A stretch of DNA of 32,000 bases, taken from positions 780,001 through 812,000 of the forward strand of contig NC_004459.3 of assembly GCF_000039765.1 (NCBI RefSeq), given 5' to 3'. Shown here piece after piece: positions 17,822-26,588 of this stretch (positions are counted from its first letter, which is position 1; every line of letters starts with the position of its first letter). The position numbers and the translations under genes are program-made. Below the pieces are notes generated by a model, which did not search any database, was not told the origin of the DNA, and saw only the letters and a program-made list of their open reading frames with translations. The DNA is from Vibrio vulnificus CMCP6 (lineage in GTDB: Bacteria > Pseudomonadota > Gammaproteobacteria > Enterobacterales > Vibrionaceae).

Positions 17822-20308
17822 GGTTCCCCGCGTCCGCGAGGATGACAAAAATAAGAAAAGAAAAAGCAGTAAGTGCAGCGGCAAAGAACAAAAAACTCAG
17901 CACACCGCCGCCGCCCCCCTAGTTGTCATTCCCGCGCATGCGGGGATCCATTCATCCACACGTGCCAGAAGCCGCGTTTAGAAATAACACTCACCGCAGC
18001 AGACAATAACTAAAGTTACACCACCAACAACACGGATAATGAAGTGCTAAAACCAAGCCACGGCGCTTGCTACACGATGGGCCCCCGCGTTCGCGAGAAT
18101 GACAAAAATAAGAAAAGAAAAAGCAGAGCCAAGTTCAGCGGCAAAGAACAAAAAACTCAGCACACCGCCGCCACGCCACCAACCGTCATTCCCGTGCATA
18201 CGGGGGATCCATTCATCCACACGTGCCAGAAGCCGCGTTTGGAAATGTACTCACCGCAACAGACAACAACGAAAGCGAAACCAACAACAACAATGAAGCG
18301 CGAAAAACGTGCCACGGCGCTCGCTATCCGATGGGTCCCCGCGTTCGCGAGGATGACAAAAACAAGAAAAGAAAAAGCAGAGCTAAGTTCAGCGGCAAAG
18401 AACAAAAAACTCAGCACACCGCCGCCACGCCACCAACTGTCATTCCCGCGCATGCGGGGATCCATTCATCTGCACGTGCCAGAAGCCGCGTTTGGAAATG
18501 CACTTGCCGCAACAGACAACGACGAAAGCGAAACCAGCAGCAACAATAAAGCGCTAAAACCGAGCTACAGCGCTCGCTATACGATAGCTCTCCGCGTTCG
18601 CGAGGATGACAAAAACAAGAAAAGAAAAAGCAGAGCTAAGTTCAGCGGCAAAGAATAAAAAACTCAGCACACCACCGCCACGCCCCCAACGGTCATTCCC
18701 GCGCATGCGGGGATCCATTCATCCACACGTGCCAGAAGCCGCATTTGGAAATGCACTCACCGCAACAGACAACGACGAAAGCGAAGCCAACAGCAACACA
18801 GGCAATGAAGTGCGAAAAACAAGCCACGGTGCTCGCTATACGATGGGTCCCCGCGTTCGCGAGGATGACAGTGTGAGAGAACTGATCCGCACCACCAGCA
18901 ACACGAACAATAAAGCGCTAAAACCGAGCTACAGCGCTCGCTATACGATAGCTCTCCGCGTTCGCGAGGATGACAAAAACAAGAAAAGAAAAAGCAGAGC
19001 TAAGTTCAGCGGCAAAGAACAAAAAACTCAGCACACTGCCGCCACGCCCCCAACTGTCATTCCCGCGTATGCAGGGAGCCATTCATCCACACGTGCCAGA
19101 AGCCGCGTTTGGAAATGTACTCACCGCAACAGACAACAACGAAAGCGAAACCAGCAACAACACGGATAATGAAGTGCCAAAAACGAGCCACGGTGCTCGC
19201 TATCCGATGGATCCCCGCGTTCGCGAGGATGACAAAAATAAGAAAAGAAAAAGCAGAGCTAAGTTCAGCGGCAAAGAACAAAAAACTCAGCACACCGCCG
19301 CCACGCCACCAACTGTCATTCCCGCGCATGCGGGGATCCATTCATCCACACGCGCCAGATGCCGCGTTTGGAAATACACTCACCGCAACAGACAACAACG
19401 AAAGCGAAGCCAGCAGCAACACGGATAATGAAGTGCTAAAACCGAGCCACGGTGCTCGCTATACGGTGGGTCCCCGCGTTCGCGAGGATGACGGAGTGAG
19501 AGAATTGATCCGCACCACCAGCAACACGAACAATAAAGTGTTAAAACCAAGCCACAGCGCTCGCTATACGATGGGTCCCCGCGTTCGCGAGGATGACGGA
19601 GTGAGAGAATTGATCCGCACCACCAGCAACACGAACAATAAAGCGCTAAAACCGAGCTACAGCGCTCGCTATCCGATGGGCCCCCGCGTTCGCGAGGATG
19701 ACAAAAATAAGAAAAGAAAAAGCAGAGCTAAGTTCAGCAGCAAAGAACAAAAAACTCAGCACACCGCCGCCACGCCCCCAACTGTCATTCCCGCGCATGC
19801 GGGGATCCATTCATCCACACGTGCCAGAAGCCGCGTTTGGAAATACACTCACCGCAACAGACAACGACGAAAGCGAAACCAGCAGCAACAATGAAGCGCG
19901 AAAAACGAGCCACGGCGCTCGCTATACGATGGGTCCCCGCGTTCGCGAGGATGACGGAAATAAGAAAAGAAAAAGCAGAGCTAAGTTCAGCGGCAAAGAA
20001 CAAAAGACTCAGCACACCGCCGCCACGCCCTCAACCGTCATTCCCGTGCATACGGGGATAAATTCATCCATACATGCCAGAAGCCGCGTTTGGAAACGCA
20101 CTCACCGCAACAGACAACGACAAAGCGAAACCAACCACAACACGGATAATGAAGTGCCAAAACCGAGCCACAGTGCTCGCTATACGATGGGTCCCCGCGT
20201 TCGCGAGGATGACAAAAATAAGAAAAGAAAAAGCAGAGCTAAGTTCAGCGGCAAAGAACAAAAAAACTCAGCACACCGCCGCCACGCCACCAACTGTCAT
20301 TCCCGCGC
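17822..20308. repeat. Mosaic array of ~25-bp palindromic elements (12 copies of one orientation, 9 of the other) separated by three classes of conserved spacers; basic period about 253-260 bp
   Basis: GGTCCCCGCGTTCGCGAGGATGAC copies end at 17846, 18103, 18357, 18610, 18869, 18974, 19233, 19492, 19597, 19702, 19955 and 20214. GTCATTCCCGCGCATGCGGGGATCC copies start at 17925, 18185, 18439, 18692, 19056, 19315, 19784, 20037 and 20296 (last truncated). Confidence 0.95.
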
Positions 20309-20440
20309 CAATAAGGATGGCAAGACAGAGGCTTCACTTGACGATTGTTTAATCTCTCCTTTTCTCATTACGCCTTCCATAGTACCCTTGAACACTATTT
20401 TTTATTGATGGATTCCTACCAACAACAAGGTTGTTAGTCG

Positions 20441-21172
20441 ATGATAAATCTCCCTTTTCAGCAGGCTATTTTGCCTCGTTTTCTTATGCGTAGTGCAGCC
20501 GTAGCCAGTTTGATTCTCCTTTCCGGTTGTGTGCAACGTTTCGATGACATGAGCACCACGCTACATGAAGCGTTCTTTGGCGCAGAAGACATTACCCAAA
20601 CCTCTCAGCAGGTGTTAGCACTTCCCTACGCCAGTACTTATATGCGAATTAATGACGGCCAGCGCATTTTCATGGTGCTCGGCTACGCTGAGAAAAACCC
20701 AGACAACAATCAACTACAGCTAAAATGGGTTTCTTCAGACGGCGGGATGATTGTGACGGAAAACGGCCGAGTGGTTAAAACGCTTAATCTTCCTTATGGA
20801 AATCTTATACGTAGAGAGGTGGATTTAACGCACTCTCAACAAGCAAAATCTTGGCAAGCCAACCTTCAATGGCAAAGCCAGTATGATTGGAAGACACAAG
20901 GCTCCGATAGCAATAAAGGGAAGCATTACGGGTATCTTGGCGATGTGACGCTCACGCAAATGGGGAGTGAAGAGGCTATTTCCGCTATTTGGCAGCAAAC
21001 GTTAACCATTTGGCAAGAGAACATCTTCTTCCCTCAATTAGATACCACGGTGCAAAACCAATACTGGGTTAATGACAGTGGTCAAGTAATGAAGAGCATT
21101 CAATATCTTGGGCCTGAAATGACGCGCATTGAATTCGAGATCTTGAAACCGTTTGCGGAGGCTGCACAATGA
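20441..21172 (+). CDS. gfcB: YjbF/GfcB family polysaccharide-operon lipoprotein
   Basis: 243-aa ORF; LILLSGCVQRFDDMSTTLHEAFFG, lipobox LSGC; YmcC/YjbF-type GEEAI..WQQ pattern and synteny with the YjbG and YjbH homologues. Confidence 0.8.
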   Translation: MINLPFQQAILPRFLMRSAAVASLILLSGCVQRFDDMSTTLHEAFFGAEDITQTSQQVLALPYASTYMRINDGQRIFMVLGYAEKNPDNNQLQLKWVSSDGGMIVTENGRVVKTLNLPYGNLIRREVDLTHSQQAKSWQANLQWQSQYDWKTQGSDSNKGKHYGYLGDVTLTQMGSEEAISAIWQQTLTIWQENIFFPQLDTTVQNQYWVNDSGQVMKSIQYLGPEMTRIEFEILKPFAEAAQ

Positions 21173-21966
21173 AAAATGGCTTTTCCTTTGTCACTCTGTT
21201 GAGTGGAATTGTGGCGTCTGCATTGACTCTTTCACCTAGCGCTGTAGCTAGTTCACAAGAGAGCAATATTCAGCAAGCCACTCAAGTGGTATTGCTCAAT
21301 CACGATTTACAACTCAACTACCCACAACCGGTTCGTCTTGAGCAAGTGCTCTTGGATGCCCAGCAGCAAAATCGCCAACAAAATGGCTCGTCGAATGCAC
21401 AAGCATTAAGTTTTCATGAAGGCTTCCAGCTGTTTAATCTTAACAAACAAGCCGAGACGGATGCACTGCTACAGCACGTTCGCCAGCAACTTATTGAACT
21501 CGCTAAAGATGAAGATTATCGCCAGGCCAGCCAGCTTTTACTAACGCTACTGGAAAAACATCAATACGGTTATCGCGAAAATATTAATTTGGATATTGAT
21601 GCGGTTCGTTTGAAAGCGGATCTCAACCCTGCCCTACCGGGTCACTATGCCTTGAAACAAGCCTCACGCGAGAACAAGGTGCTTTTATTAGGATTAATTG
21701 ACCAAAAAACAGTGCCTTTTTCTGCAGATCTCGACGTAGCAGATTACATTGCCACTAGCACATTGAATAACAATGGCAATAAAAGCGAGGCATGGGTGAT
21801 CGCGCCAAATGGCAACAGTAGCAAAGTGGGTTATAGCTACTGGAATAATCAGCATATGTCCGTGCTACCTGGCTCTACGATTTTCATTGGCTTTAACTCC
21901 AGTAATGATGAGCTTCAGGCGCTAGAGAGCGACATCGTCAAACTATTAGGGATGATCAAAGGTTAA
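21169..21966 (+). CDS. gfcC: YjbG/GfcC family polysaccharide-biosynthesis periplasmic protein
   Basis: 265-aa ORF with signal peptide; PQPVRLEQVLLDAQ, NPALPGHYAL, WVIAPNGNSSKVGYSYWNNQHMSVLPGSTIFIGF; 4-bp overlap with gfcB. Confidence 0.8.
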   Translation: MKNGFSFVTLLSGIVASALTLSPSAVASSQESNIQQATQVVLLNHDLQLNYPQPVRLEQVLLDAQQQNRQQNGSSNAQALSFHEGFQLFNLNKQAETDALLQHVRQQLIELAKDEDYRQASQLLLTLLEKHQYGYRENINLDIDAVRLKADLNPALPGHYALKQASRENKVLLLGLIDQKTVPFSADLDVADYIATSTLNNNGNKSEAWVIAPNGNSSKVGYSYWNNQHMSVLPGSTIFIGFNSSNDELQALESDIVKLLGMIKG

Positions 21967-21968
21967 TT

Positions 21969-24218
21969 ATGACGTACTTAAATTCCTCATCAGAAATCCC
22001 AAGCGTTGGCTTTCGCTCTCAAATTTCCGCCGTTTGTCTTGGTGTACTCTCCGCGCTCGCAGGCGTAACTTCTTTGCATTCACAAGCCTCTGAGCTTGAA
22101 ACCGTGACACTTCGCCCCTCACAAACTGATTTTGGTGGCGTGGGTTTAATGCAAATGCCATCTGGCCGTATGGCAAAAGAAGGTGAATTCAACTTTGGTG
22201 TTAACCTCAACGACGATTATCAACATTATTACACCTCGCTGCAGTTGTTCGATTGGTTTGAAACCACCATTCGTTACACGCGTGTGCCGGATATGCTGTT
22301 TAACCCGAACCCAGATTACAGCGGCGATAATCTCTATACCGATAAAGGTATTGATTTCAAAATACGCCTTTGGCAAGAGAGCTACTGGTTACCTGAAACC
22401 TCAATTGGTATTCGTGATTTTGGCGGGACAGGTTTATTTGATGGCGAGTTTATTGCCGCGACCAAACGGTTTGGCCCTATCGACTTTACCCTAGGTATGG
22501 GATGGGGTTATATCGGCCAAAGCGGCAATTTTACCAACCCATTTTGTAAAGCCAGCGACAAGTTTTGTGAAAGGCCGAGTGATTATAAAGGCTCAGGTGG
22601 CAGCGTTGATTTTGAGCGCTGGTTTAAAGGCCCTGCTGCCCTCTACGGCGGCATTGAATATCAAACACCGTATCAACCGCTGCGCTTGAAAGTGGAATAC
22701 GATGCCAACGATTACAGCCAAGATTTCCCTTATGTTCAAGGTGGTAAGCCAATGCCACAACATACCCCTTGGAACTTTGGCGTACTCTATCAACTTGGGG
22801 ATTGGGGCGATGCTAAGCTAAGTTATCAACGTGGCGATACACTGACGTTTGGTTTTAATCTCTACACCAATTTTGATGATCTCAAAGCCGTTTGGCGAGA
22901 TGAACCAAAGCAAGCCGTTACGGGAAGACCAAGCGAAGGCAACACCGATTGGCAAGCAGTCGCCCAGCAACTAGACAGCAACGCGGGTTATCAGCAAAGC
23001 ACCTTGTATGAACAAGGCGATGCTTTGGTGATTGCGGGTGAGCAGGTTAAATACAGTGATATAAAAGAAGCGCAAGATCGCGCCGCCACGATTTTAGCCA
23101 ATAACGCACCAGACTACATCACTACCTATAAGATTGTTGAAACGCGCAATGGCGTGGACTTAACACAAACCGAGTTTGATGCAGAAGCTTATAAACAAGC
23201 GGCGACGTATCAATACCTTGGTGCCAATAGCCGTGAGCTAGGCAGTACCAGCGAGCCCGATTACCGTGAAAACGCAAAACCATTGACGACACATCGCGAG
23301 CGCTGGAACGCAGGTATTTCTCCTGTGTTGGCGCAATCATTGGGTGGCCCTGAAGCGTTCTACTTGTTCCACCTTGGTTTTAATACCGAAGCGAACTATT
23401 GGCTAACCAACAACATCGAAGCGAGCGGCTCTATCTACGTCAACCTTGCCGATAACTACGACAAGTTCAACTACGTAGAGAAAGATCCTCATATTTCGAA
23501 CTTCGCCGTGCCGCGCGTGCGAACGATGTTCCGCTCCTACGTGAGCGATAACCCTGTTCGTCTAAACCATATGCAGCTCACTTGGTTTGCTCAACCTACG
23601 CAGCAAGTCTATACCCAGATGTACGGCGGTTATTTGGAAACCATGTTTGCTGGTGTGGGTGGTGAAGTGCTTTATCGTCCATTAGGTAAAAACTGGGCGC
23701 TGGGCTTGGATGCGAACTTAATCTCACAGCGTGACCCAGATAGCTGGTTTGCTACGTTTGATGAACCGTTTGTTTATTACGATGGCTACGATGCCTCTAA
23801 CTGCAAACCAAACGATGTTGGCTGCCAAGCTTACGTGCTTGATAAAGGCACAACGGGTCAACTTTCGGCTTACTACATGCCTCAGTGGTCTTTGCTAGAG
23901 AACACGTTATTTAAAGTCAGCGCGGGTAAGTTCTTGGGCGGTGACAACGGGGTACGCGTCGATTTCTCCAAACAGTTTAAATCCGGCATGATTGTTGGCG
24001 CATTTGCGACCGTGACGGACCTGACGACAGAGGAATATGGCGAAGGCAGTTACAACAAAGGCTTCTATATTTCGATTCCATTTGATGCGATGACGATCAA
24101 ACCAAGCACGGCGCGTGGTGTTTTTGCTTGGCAACCAATCACGCGAGATGGCGGTCAAACACTGAGCCGCAAGTACGAGCTATTTGAAGTGACCAACGCG
24201 AGAAGCCGTTGGTATTAA
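21969..24218 (+). CDS. gfcD: YjbH/GfcD family outer-membrane polysaccharide lipoprotein/porin-like protein
   Basis: 749-aa ORF; PSQTDFGGVGLMQMPSGRMAKEGEFNFGVN, GFSKDFLG-like region, C-term WQPITRDGGQTLSRKYELFEVTNARSRWY, typical of YjbH. Confidence 0.88.
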   Translation: MTYLNSSSEIPSVGFRSQISAVCLGVLSALAGVTSLHSQASELETVTLRPSQTDFGGVGLMQMPSGRMAKEGEFNFGVNLNDDYQHYYTSLQLFDWFETTIRYTRVPDMLFNPNPDYSGDNLYTDKGIDFKIRLWQESYWLPETSIGIRDFGGTGLFDGEFIAATKRFGPIDFTLGMGWGYIGQSGNFTNPFCKASDKFCERPSDYKGSGGSVDFERWFKGPAALYGGIEYQTPYQPLRLKVEYDANDYSQDFPYVQGGKPMPQHTPWNFGVLYQLGDWGDAKLSYQRGDTLTFGFNLYTNFDDLKAVWRDEPKQAVTGRPSEGNTDWQAVAQQLDSNAGYQQSTLYEQGDALVIAGEQVKYSDIKEAQDRAATILANNAPDYITTYKIVETRNGVDLTQTEFDAEAYKQAATYQYLGANSRELGSTSEPDYRENAKPLTTHRERWNAGISPVLAQSLGGPEAFYLFHLGFNTEANYWLTNNIEASGSIYVNLADNYDKFNYVEKDPHISNFAVPRVRTMFRSYVSDNPVRLNHMQLTWFAQPTQQVYTQMYGGYLETMFAGVGGEVLYRPLGKNWALGLDANLISQRDPDSWFATFDEPFVYYDGYDASNCKPNDVGCQAYVLDKGTTGQLSAYYMPQWSLLENTLFKVSAGKFLGGDNGVRVDFSKQFKSGMIVGAFATVTDLTTEEYGEGSYNKGFYISIPFDAMTIKPSTARGVFAWQPITRDGGQTLSRKYELFEVTNARSRWY

Positions 24219-24225
24219 GAGAGAA

Positions 24226-24337
24226 GGGTCTAGGGTCTAGGGTCTAGGGTCTAGGGTCTAGGGTCTAGGGTCTAGGGTCTAGGGTCTAGGGTCTAGGGTC
24301 TAGGGTCTAGGGTCTAGGGTCTAGGGTCTAGGGTCTA
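24226..24337. repeat. Heptanucleotide tandem array (GGGTCTA)16
   Basis: Direct reading; 112 bp perfect 7-bp periodicity starting 7 bp after the gfcD stop. Confidence 0.98.
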
Positions 24338-24358
24338 GTTTTCTTATTTCTCCACTCT

Positions 24359-24398
24359 AGGCAACTGAATTCTCATCTGATTGGGAATTCAGTTGCCT
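24359..24398. repeat. 14-bp perfect inverted repeat (hairpin) between gfcD and hldD
   Basis: AGGCAACTGAATTC - 12-nt loop - GAATTCAGTTGCCT; no clear U-tract on either side, so the terminator role is uncertain. Confidence 0.8.
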
Positions 24399-24492
24399 TC
24401 ATACGAAGAACCCAGGTTAAGACCAAGTTCTAGCACCCTCCTCCTTTTCCTGATAAAATTTTTTGGCATTTTTAACCTTAGGTGGAAGATTT

Positions 24493-25434
24493 ATGATCAT
24501 CGTAACTGGCGGCGCTGGCATGATTGGCAGCAACATTGTTAAAGCCCTCAACGAGATTGGTATCAATGACATTCTGGTTGTCGACAACCTGAAGAACGGT
24601 CGAAAGTTCAAAAACTTGGTTGATCTAGACATTACCGATTACATGGATCGAGATGACTTTCTCACTCAGATCATGGCGGGTGATAACTTTGGCCCAATCG
24701 AAGCGGTCTTCCACGAAGGTGCTTGCTCTGCAACAACAGAGTGGGATGGCAAGTACATGATGCTCAACAATTACGAGTATTCAAAAGAGTTACTTCACTA
24801 CTGCCTAGAGCGTGAAATCCCATTCCTATATGCTTCTTCTGCTGCCACTTACGGTGAGACCACTGTCTTTAAAGAAGAACGCGAATACGAAGGTGCGCTC
24901 AACGTTTACGGCTATTCAAAGCAGCAATTCGATAACTACGTTCGCCGCTTATGGCAAGATGCCGAAGAACATGGCGAGACGCTATCGCAAATCACAGGGT
25001 TCCGTTACTTCAATGTTTATGGCCCACGTGAGCAGCATAAAGGCAGCATGGCATCGGTTGCTTTCCACCTTAACAACCAAATCCTTGCGGGTGAAAATCC
25101 AAAACTGTTCGCAGGTAGCGAGCAGTTCAAACGTGACTTCATCTACGTTGGTGACGTGTGTAAGGTAAACTTGTGGTTTATGCAAAATGGCGTTTCTGGC
25201 ATCTTCAACTGTGGTACGGGCAACGCTGAGTCTTTTGAAGAAGTGGCAAAAGCTGTGATCAAGCATCATGGTAAAGGGGAGATTGAAACTATTCCATTCC
25301 CTGAACATCTAAAAGGCGCCTACCAAGAGTTTACTCAGGCAGATCTCACAAAACTGCGCGCCGCTGGGTGCGATGTTGAGTTTAAGACTGTCGCTGAAGG
25401 GGTCGCGGAGTATATGGCGATTGTTAATGGTTAG
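24493..25434 (+). CDS. hldD: ADP-L-glycero-D-manno-heptose 6-epimerase
   Basis: [47 protein letters not shown]..., [39 protein letters not shown]. Start is ATG 24493 with RBS GGTGG; the ORF-track start at 24463 is less likely. Confidence 0.97.
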   Translation: MIIVTGGAGMIGSNIVKALNEIGINDILVVDNLKNGRKFKNLVDLDITDYMDRDDFLTQIMAGDNFGPIEAVFHEGACSATTEWDGKYMMLNNYEYSKELLHYCLEREIPFLYASSAATYGETTVFKEEREYEGALNVYGYSKQQFDNYVRRLWQDAEEHGETLSQITGFRYFNVYGPREQHKGSMASVAFHLNNQILAGENPKLFAGSEQFKRDFIYVGDVCKVNLWFMQNGVSGIFNCGTGNAESFEEVAKAVIKHHGKGEIETIPFPEHLKGAYQEFTQADLTKLRAAGCDVEFKTVAEGVAEYMAIVNG

Positions 25435-25524
25435 GTTCTAGGTTCTAGGTTCTAGGTTCTAGGTTCTAGGTTCTAGGTTCTAGGTTCTAGGTTCTAGGTT
25501 CTAGGTTCTAGGTTCTAGGTTCTA
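25434..25524. repeat. Heptanucleotide tandem array (GGTTCTA)13
   Basis: Direct reading; 91 bp perfect 7-bp periodicity beginning inside the hldD stop codon (TAG 25432-25434). Confidence 0.98.
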
Positions 25525-25605
25525 AAGTGTGTATCTCTGGCGCCTAGGAGTAAAGAGCTAACTCATGAATCTTAGCAGACGCTATGACTAGAATATTGAC
25601 AAAAC

Positions 25606-26586
25606 ATGAAAACTGAACGAAACGACTTCGATCCTAAAGCATATCACCCCACCTTCCAGTGGGGTTTTCTTGCTCCTAAATACTGGGGTACTTGGATTGC
25701 TATACTTTTTGCTATTCCAATTACATTTCTACCAGTAAGCATCAAACGACGAATTGCTCGTACGATTGCCAAAGTTCTCATAAAGAAACGTAAAGGTACT
25801 ATTCACAATGCATGGGTAAACTTGCACCTATGCTTTCCAGAGCGCTCTCACGAGGAACGAGAACAGATTCTGTTTCGCTGTTTAGAGACTGCAGGCATTT
25901 ATTTGCTGACCTTCGCGTCCTTAACAACTCGCAGCAAGAAGTGGCTCACACGAAATACCAACATTAAAGGAATGGAACACCTCCAAGCTGTGTTAGACCG
26001 AAAATCGAATGTGATTTTGATGGTACCGCATACGTGGACCATTGATATTCCTGCCATCGTACTGGCATCTAGAGGACTGCCAGTCGTGGGTTTTTCAAAA
26101 CCTCAAAAAAATGCACTAACAGATTGGCTAATGCATCGCCAAAGAGTGCAATATGGTGGAAAAATATTTGAGCGAGATGCGGGTGTAAACCACTTTATCC
26201 GAGCAATCCGCAAAGGCTATCTAGGCTATTATTTAGCCGACCAAGATCATGGACGTGAGCAACGAAGCGTATTTGTTGATTTCTTTGCTGCCACTAAAGC
26301 GACACTACCCGGTGTGGGTAAATTAACCAAGGTAGCCAAAGCAGAAGTTGTTCCTATGGTCTCAAAACTCGATGTAGACACAGGACAATTTAATGTAGAG
26401 TTTTTCCCAGCATGGGAACACTTCCCTACAGAGAACGAAGAGACTGATGCGCGCAAGATGAATACACATATCGAAAATGTGATCGCTGAGTCCCCAGAGC
26501 AGTATATGTGGATTTTCCAACTTTTGAGGACTCAAGAAGATAAAACCGCCCCCAACCCTTATCGCGATCCACGGTATATGGACTAG
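25606..26586 (+). CDS. lpxM: Lipid A late acyltransferase (LpxL/LpxM, HtrB/MsbB family)
   Basis: 326-aa ORF; GIYLLTFASL, MVPHTWTIDIPAI (H-x4-D motif), YYLADQDHGREQRSVFVDFF, EQYMWIFQLLRT. Confidence 0.85.
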   Translation: MKTERNDFDPKAYHPTFQWGFLAPKYWGTWIAILFAIPITFLPVSIKRRIARTIAKVLIKKRKGTIHNAWVNLHLCFPERSHEEREQILFRCLETAGIYLLTFASLTTRSKKWLTRNTNIKGMEHLQAVLDRKSNVILMVPHTWTIDIPAIVLASRGLPVVGFSKPQKNALTDWLMHRQRVQYGGKIFERDAGVNHFIRAIRKGYLGYYLADQDHGREQRSVFVDFFAATKATLPGVGKLTKVAKAEVVPMVSKLDVDTGQFNVEFFPAWEHFPTENEETDARKMNTHIENVIAESPEQYMWIFQLLRTQEDKTAPNPYRDPRYMD

Positions 26587-26588
26587 CT

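Noticed and set aside
17822-20308. Possibility that the array is a CRISPR
   Set aside because: The spacers are themselves conserved repeats of 80-123 bp, not unique 30-40 bp sequences. The palindromes alternate orientation, and there are no cas genes in the window.
17822-20308. Integron/VCR (attC) array
   Set aside because: Internal sequences are repeated and non-coding rather than distinct cassettes. No intI in the window, and no attC core sites (GTTRRRY / TAAC) framing the units.
18044-20352. Several long overlapping ORFs in the repeat region (e.g. 204, 187, 152, 261, 236 and 92 aa with SAKFSGKEQKTQHTAATPPT repeats, and minus-strand ORFs such as 18157-18465)
   Set aside because: They are translations of the mosaic DNA repeats. 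The same peptides recur in different frames, repeat periods (253, 254, 259, 260) are mostly not multiples of 3, there is no consistent RBS, and opposite-strand frames are equally open. Treated as non-coding.
22593-24158. Minus-strand small ORFs opposite gfcD (22593-22793, 23122-23340, 23907-24158)
   Set aside because: Antisense to a clear YjbH-family ORF, with no independent support.
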